Shown: positions 46,795 through 49,087 of the stretch, one piece after another
How positions within the stretch are numbered: position 1 is the stretch's first letter
Layout of the letters: each line of letters begins with the position of its first letter
Origin: an uncultured Rhodospirillales bacterium
GTDB lineage: Bacteria; Pseudomonadota; Alphaproteobacteria; CACIAM-22H2
Length of the DNA stretch: 49,087 nt
Assembly (NCBI GenBank): GCA_903860935.1
Contig: CAIOSQ010000274.1
Location: 1 to 49,087, forward strand
Direction: 5' to 3'
Translations under genes and position numbers: made by a program
The notes under the pieces: model-generated
What the model was told of the DNA's origin: nothing
Databases searched by the model: none
Seen by the model: the letters and a program-made list of their open reading frames with translations, nothing else

Positions 46795-47715
46795 ATGGCC
46801 TCCCGTTCCGCCCTCGGACGTCTGCTCGACAGCGACGTCTTCCATTCCTTCCGCGGCAACCCGGTCGTCGTCGTCTCGGCGGCGATCACGGCGATATTCG
46901 TGCTCGCCGCCGTGTTCGCGCCCTTCGTGACACCCTACAATCCCTACGATCTCGCCGGGCTCGATCTCAACGACGCCTTCACGCCGCCGGCCTGGACCGC
47001 GGAGGGCAGCGCGCGCTTCCTTCTCGGCACCGACGATCAGGGCCGTGACGTGCTCTCGACCATCGTCTTCGGCGCGCGCGTCTCGCTGCTGGTCGGGTTC
47101 TGCGCCGTCCTCTTCGCGATGACCGTCGGGATCACGCTGGGGCTGGTCAGCGGCTATGTCGGCGGTGCGGTCGAATCCGTGATCATGCGCGTCGCCGACG
47201 TCCAGTTGACCTTCCCGGCGATCCTGATCGCCCTGCTGATCGATGGTCTGGCGCGCACCGCGCTGCCCCGCGACCTGCATTCCGAGATCGCCCTCTACGT
47301 CGTGATCTTCGCCATCGGCATCGCCAACTGGCCGCAATTCGCGCGCACCGTGCGCGGCTCGACGCTGGTCGAGAAGAACAAGGAATACGTCCAGGCTGCC
47401 CGCGTCATCGGTCTGCACCCCGGGTTGATCATGATGCGCCATGTCCTGCCCAACGTGCTCGGACCGGTGCTGGTCATCGCGACCCTCAGCCTCGGCTTCG
47501 CGATCCTCGCCGAGGCGACGCTGTCCTTCCTGGGCGTCGGCGTGCCGCCGACGCGCCCGTCGCTCGGTACGCTGATCCGGGTCGGCAACGACTTCCTCTT
47601 CTCCGGCGAGTGGTGGATGACGATCTTCCCCGGCGCCGCGCTCATCATCCTGGTCCTCGCGGTCAACCTGCTCGGCGACTGGTTGCGCGACGCCCTGAAC
47701 CCGAAGCTCCGCTGA
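46795..47715 (+). CDS. ABC permease (DppC-like)
   Basis: LGTDDQGRD, GARVSL, EYVQAAR, HVLPN, EATLSFLGVG, NLLGDWLRDALNP. Confidence 0.95.
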   Translation: MASRSALGRLLDSDVFHSFRGNPVVVVSAAITAIFVLAAVFAPFVTPYNPYDLAGLDLNDAFTPPAWTAEGSARFLLGTDDQGRDVLSTIVFGARVSLLVGFCAVLFAMTVGITLGLVSGYVGGAVESVIMRVADVQLTFPAILIALLIDGLARTALPRDLHSEIALYVVIFAIGIANWPQFARTVRGSTLVEKNKEYVQAARVIGLHPGLIMMRHVLPNVLGPVLVIATLSLGFAILAEATLSFLGVGVPPTRPSLGTLIRVGNDFLFSGEWWMTIFPGAALIILVLAVNLLGDWLRDALNPKLR

Positions 47716-48701
47716 TGGCCGATACTCCCATCCTCGAGGTCAAGAACCTGCGCGTCGAGTTTCCGACGCGGCGCGGCACCCTGGTCGCCGTCGACGACAT
47801 TTCCTTCTCGATCGCGCCAGGCGAGGTGCTCGGCGTGGTCGGCGAGTCCGGTGCCGGAAAGTCGATGACCGGTGCGGCCGTCATCGGTCTGCTCGAACCG
47901 CCGGGCCGTATCGCGGGCGGGTCGATCTCGCTCGCCGGGCGTCGGATCGACAATCTGCCCTACGAGGAGATGCGCAAGGTCCGCGGCCGCGAGATCGGCG
48001 CGATCTTCCAGGATCCCCTGACCTCGCTCAATCCGCTCTACACGATCGGCCGGCAACTGACCGAGACGATCCTGACCCATCTGCCGGTCTCGCAGGCCGA
48101 GGCCCAAGCGCGAGCCGTCGATCTGCTCCGTCAGGTCGGGATTCCGGCCGCCGACAAGCGCATCGAGCACTATCCGCATCAATTTTCTGGCGGCATGCGC
48201 CAGCGGGTGGTGATCGCGCTCGCGCTCGCGGCCAATCCGAAGCTGATCATCGCGGACGAACCGACCACGGCTCTCGATGTCTCGATCCAGGCCCAGATCA
48301 TCGCGCTGATCAAGAAACTCTGCCGCGAGCATGGTGCGGCGGTCATGCTGGTCACCCACGACATGGGCGTGATCGCGGAGACCGCCGACCGCGTGGCGGT
48401 CATGTACGCGGGGCGTATCGCCGAGATCGGACCGGTCCGCGACGTGATCAAGGCCGCGAAGCACCCCTATACCGACGGGCTGATGGCCTCGATCCCGAAG
48501 GTCGGACGCACCGATGCGCGTCTTGCCCAGATCGATGGCGCGATGCCGCGACTCAACGCAATTCCCCGCGGCTGCGCGTTCAATCCCCGCTGCGGCCGCG
48601 CCTTCGATCGCTGCCGCGTCGACCGTCCCGAGCCCCTCGCGGCCGGCGCCTCGCAGGTCGCGTGCTGGCTCTACGATACGGCGAAGGGAGACACGCCATG
48701 A
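47715..48701 (+). CDS. ABC ATPase (DppD-like)
   Basis: GESGAGKS, FQDP, FSGGMRQR, IADEPTTALD, HPYT, C-terminal Cys motif. Confidence 0.95.
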   Translation: MADTPILEVKNLRVEFPTRRGTLVAVDDISFSIAPGEVLGVVGESGAGKSMTGAAVIGLLEPPGRIAGGSISLAGRRIDNLPYEEMRKVRGREIGAIFQDPLTSLNPLYTIGRQLTETILTHLPVSQAEAQARAVDLLRQVGIPAADKRIEHYPHQFSGGMRQRVVIALALAANPKLIIADEPTTALDVSIQAQIIALIKKLCREHGAAVMLVTHDMGVIAETADRVAVMYAGRIAEIGPVRDVIKAAKHPYTDGLMASIPKVGRTDARLAQIDGAMPRLNAIPRGCAFNPRCGRAFDRCRVDRPEPLAAGASQVACWLYDTAKGDTP

Positions 48702-49087
48702 GCGCCCAAGCCGGCCGGCCGTATATCGAGGTGCGCGATCTCGCGCGCCATTTCGACGTCTCGAAGCCGCTGCTCAACCGTCTCATCGAGGGCCAGCCGC
48801 GGTTGATGCTGAAGGCGGTCGACGGCATCGACTTCGCGATCCGCAAGGGCGAGACGCTCAGCCTCGTCGGCGAGTCTGGCTGCGGCAAGTCGACCGTGGC
48901 GCGGCTGATCGTGGGGCTCTATCGCCCCACCCGTGGCCAGATCCTGTTCGAGGGCACGGATATGGGAAGCCTCGCGACGCGCGCCGAGGAGCGCGCGCTG
49001 CGCAAGCGCTTCCAGATGATCTTCCAGGATCCCTATGCCAGCCTCAATCCGCGCTGGCGCGTCGCCGATATCATCGCCGAACCGATC
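48698..49087 (+). CDS. ABC ATPase (DppF-like), 3'-truncated by the window edge
   Basis: My translation from ATG 48698: MSAQAGRPYIEVRDL...KAVDGIDF...GESGCGKST...FQDPYASLNPR. Confidence 0.92.
   Translation, partial: MSAQAGRPYIEVRDLARHFDVSKPLLNRLIEGQPRLMLKAVDGIDFAIRKGETLSLVGESGCGKSTVARLIVGLYRPTRGQILFEGTDMGSLATRAEERALRKRFQMIFQDPYASLNPRWRVADIIAEPI

Noticed and set aside
1-49087. tRNA, rRNA, integrase or transposase marking the accessory region as an island
   Set aside because: None recognised; nearly all of the sequence is explained by protein-coding genes, so mobility of the left half is not supported.

Overview
High-GC window that looks alphaproteobacterial (gene order of the right half, translational coupling). 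It has two halves. The left ~26 kb is accessory. Its core is a tightly coupled minus-strand operon (25868->11410) that I do not recognise as a characterised system: a TrxR-fold flavoprotein fused to two cNMP-binding domains and a 4x[4Fe-4S] ferredoxin; a membrane protein with two H-x13-H (di-heme b-type) pairs; an FHA-TM-decaheme cytochrome c; a tandem GlcG/HbpS-domain putative lipoprotein; an outer-membrane beta-barrel; a 1248-aa decaheme cytochrome c with LVIVD repeats; and a stand-alone CcmF heme lyase. The parts suggest a cyclic-nucleotide-gated NAD(P)H-to-cell-surface electron conduit (inference). Next to it are a divergent type II secretion cluster with no secretin in the window and two paralogous c554-like multiheme cytochromes flanking an amidohydrolase. 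A 4x16-bp tandem repeat sits in the operon's 5' leader. The right ~23 kb is housekeeping backbone (HDAC-family, xseB, ispA, tlyA, aroC, fabI, pdxH, CDF, USP, SDR, class III aminotransferase, Dpp/Opp-type ABC transporter) interrupted by DMT, MATE and MFS transporter genes; dxs is absent from its usual slot. All calls come from reading motifs by eye; no database searches were run.
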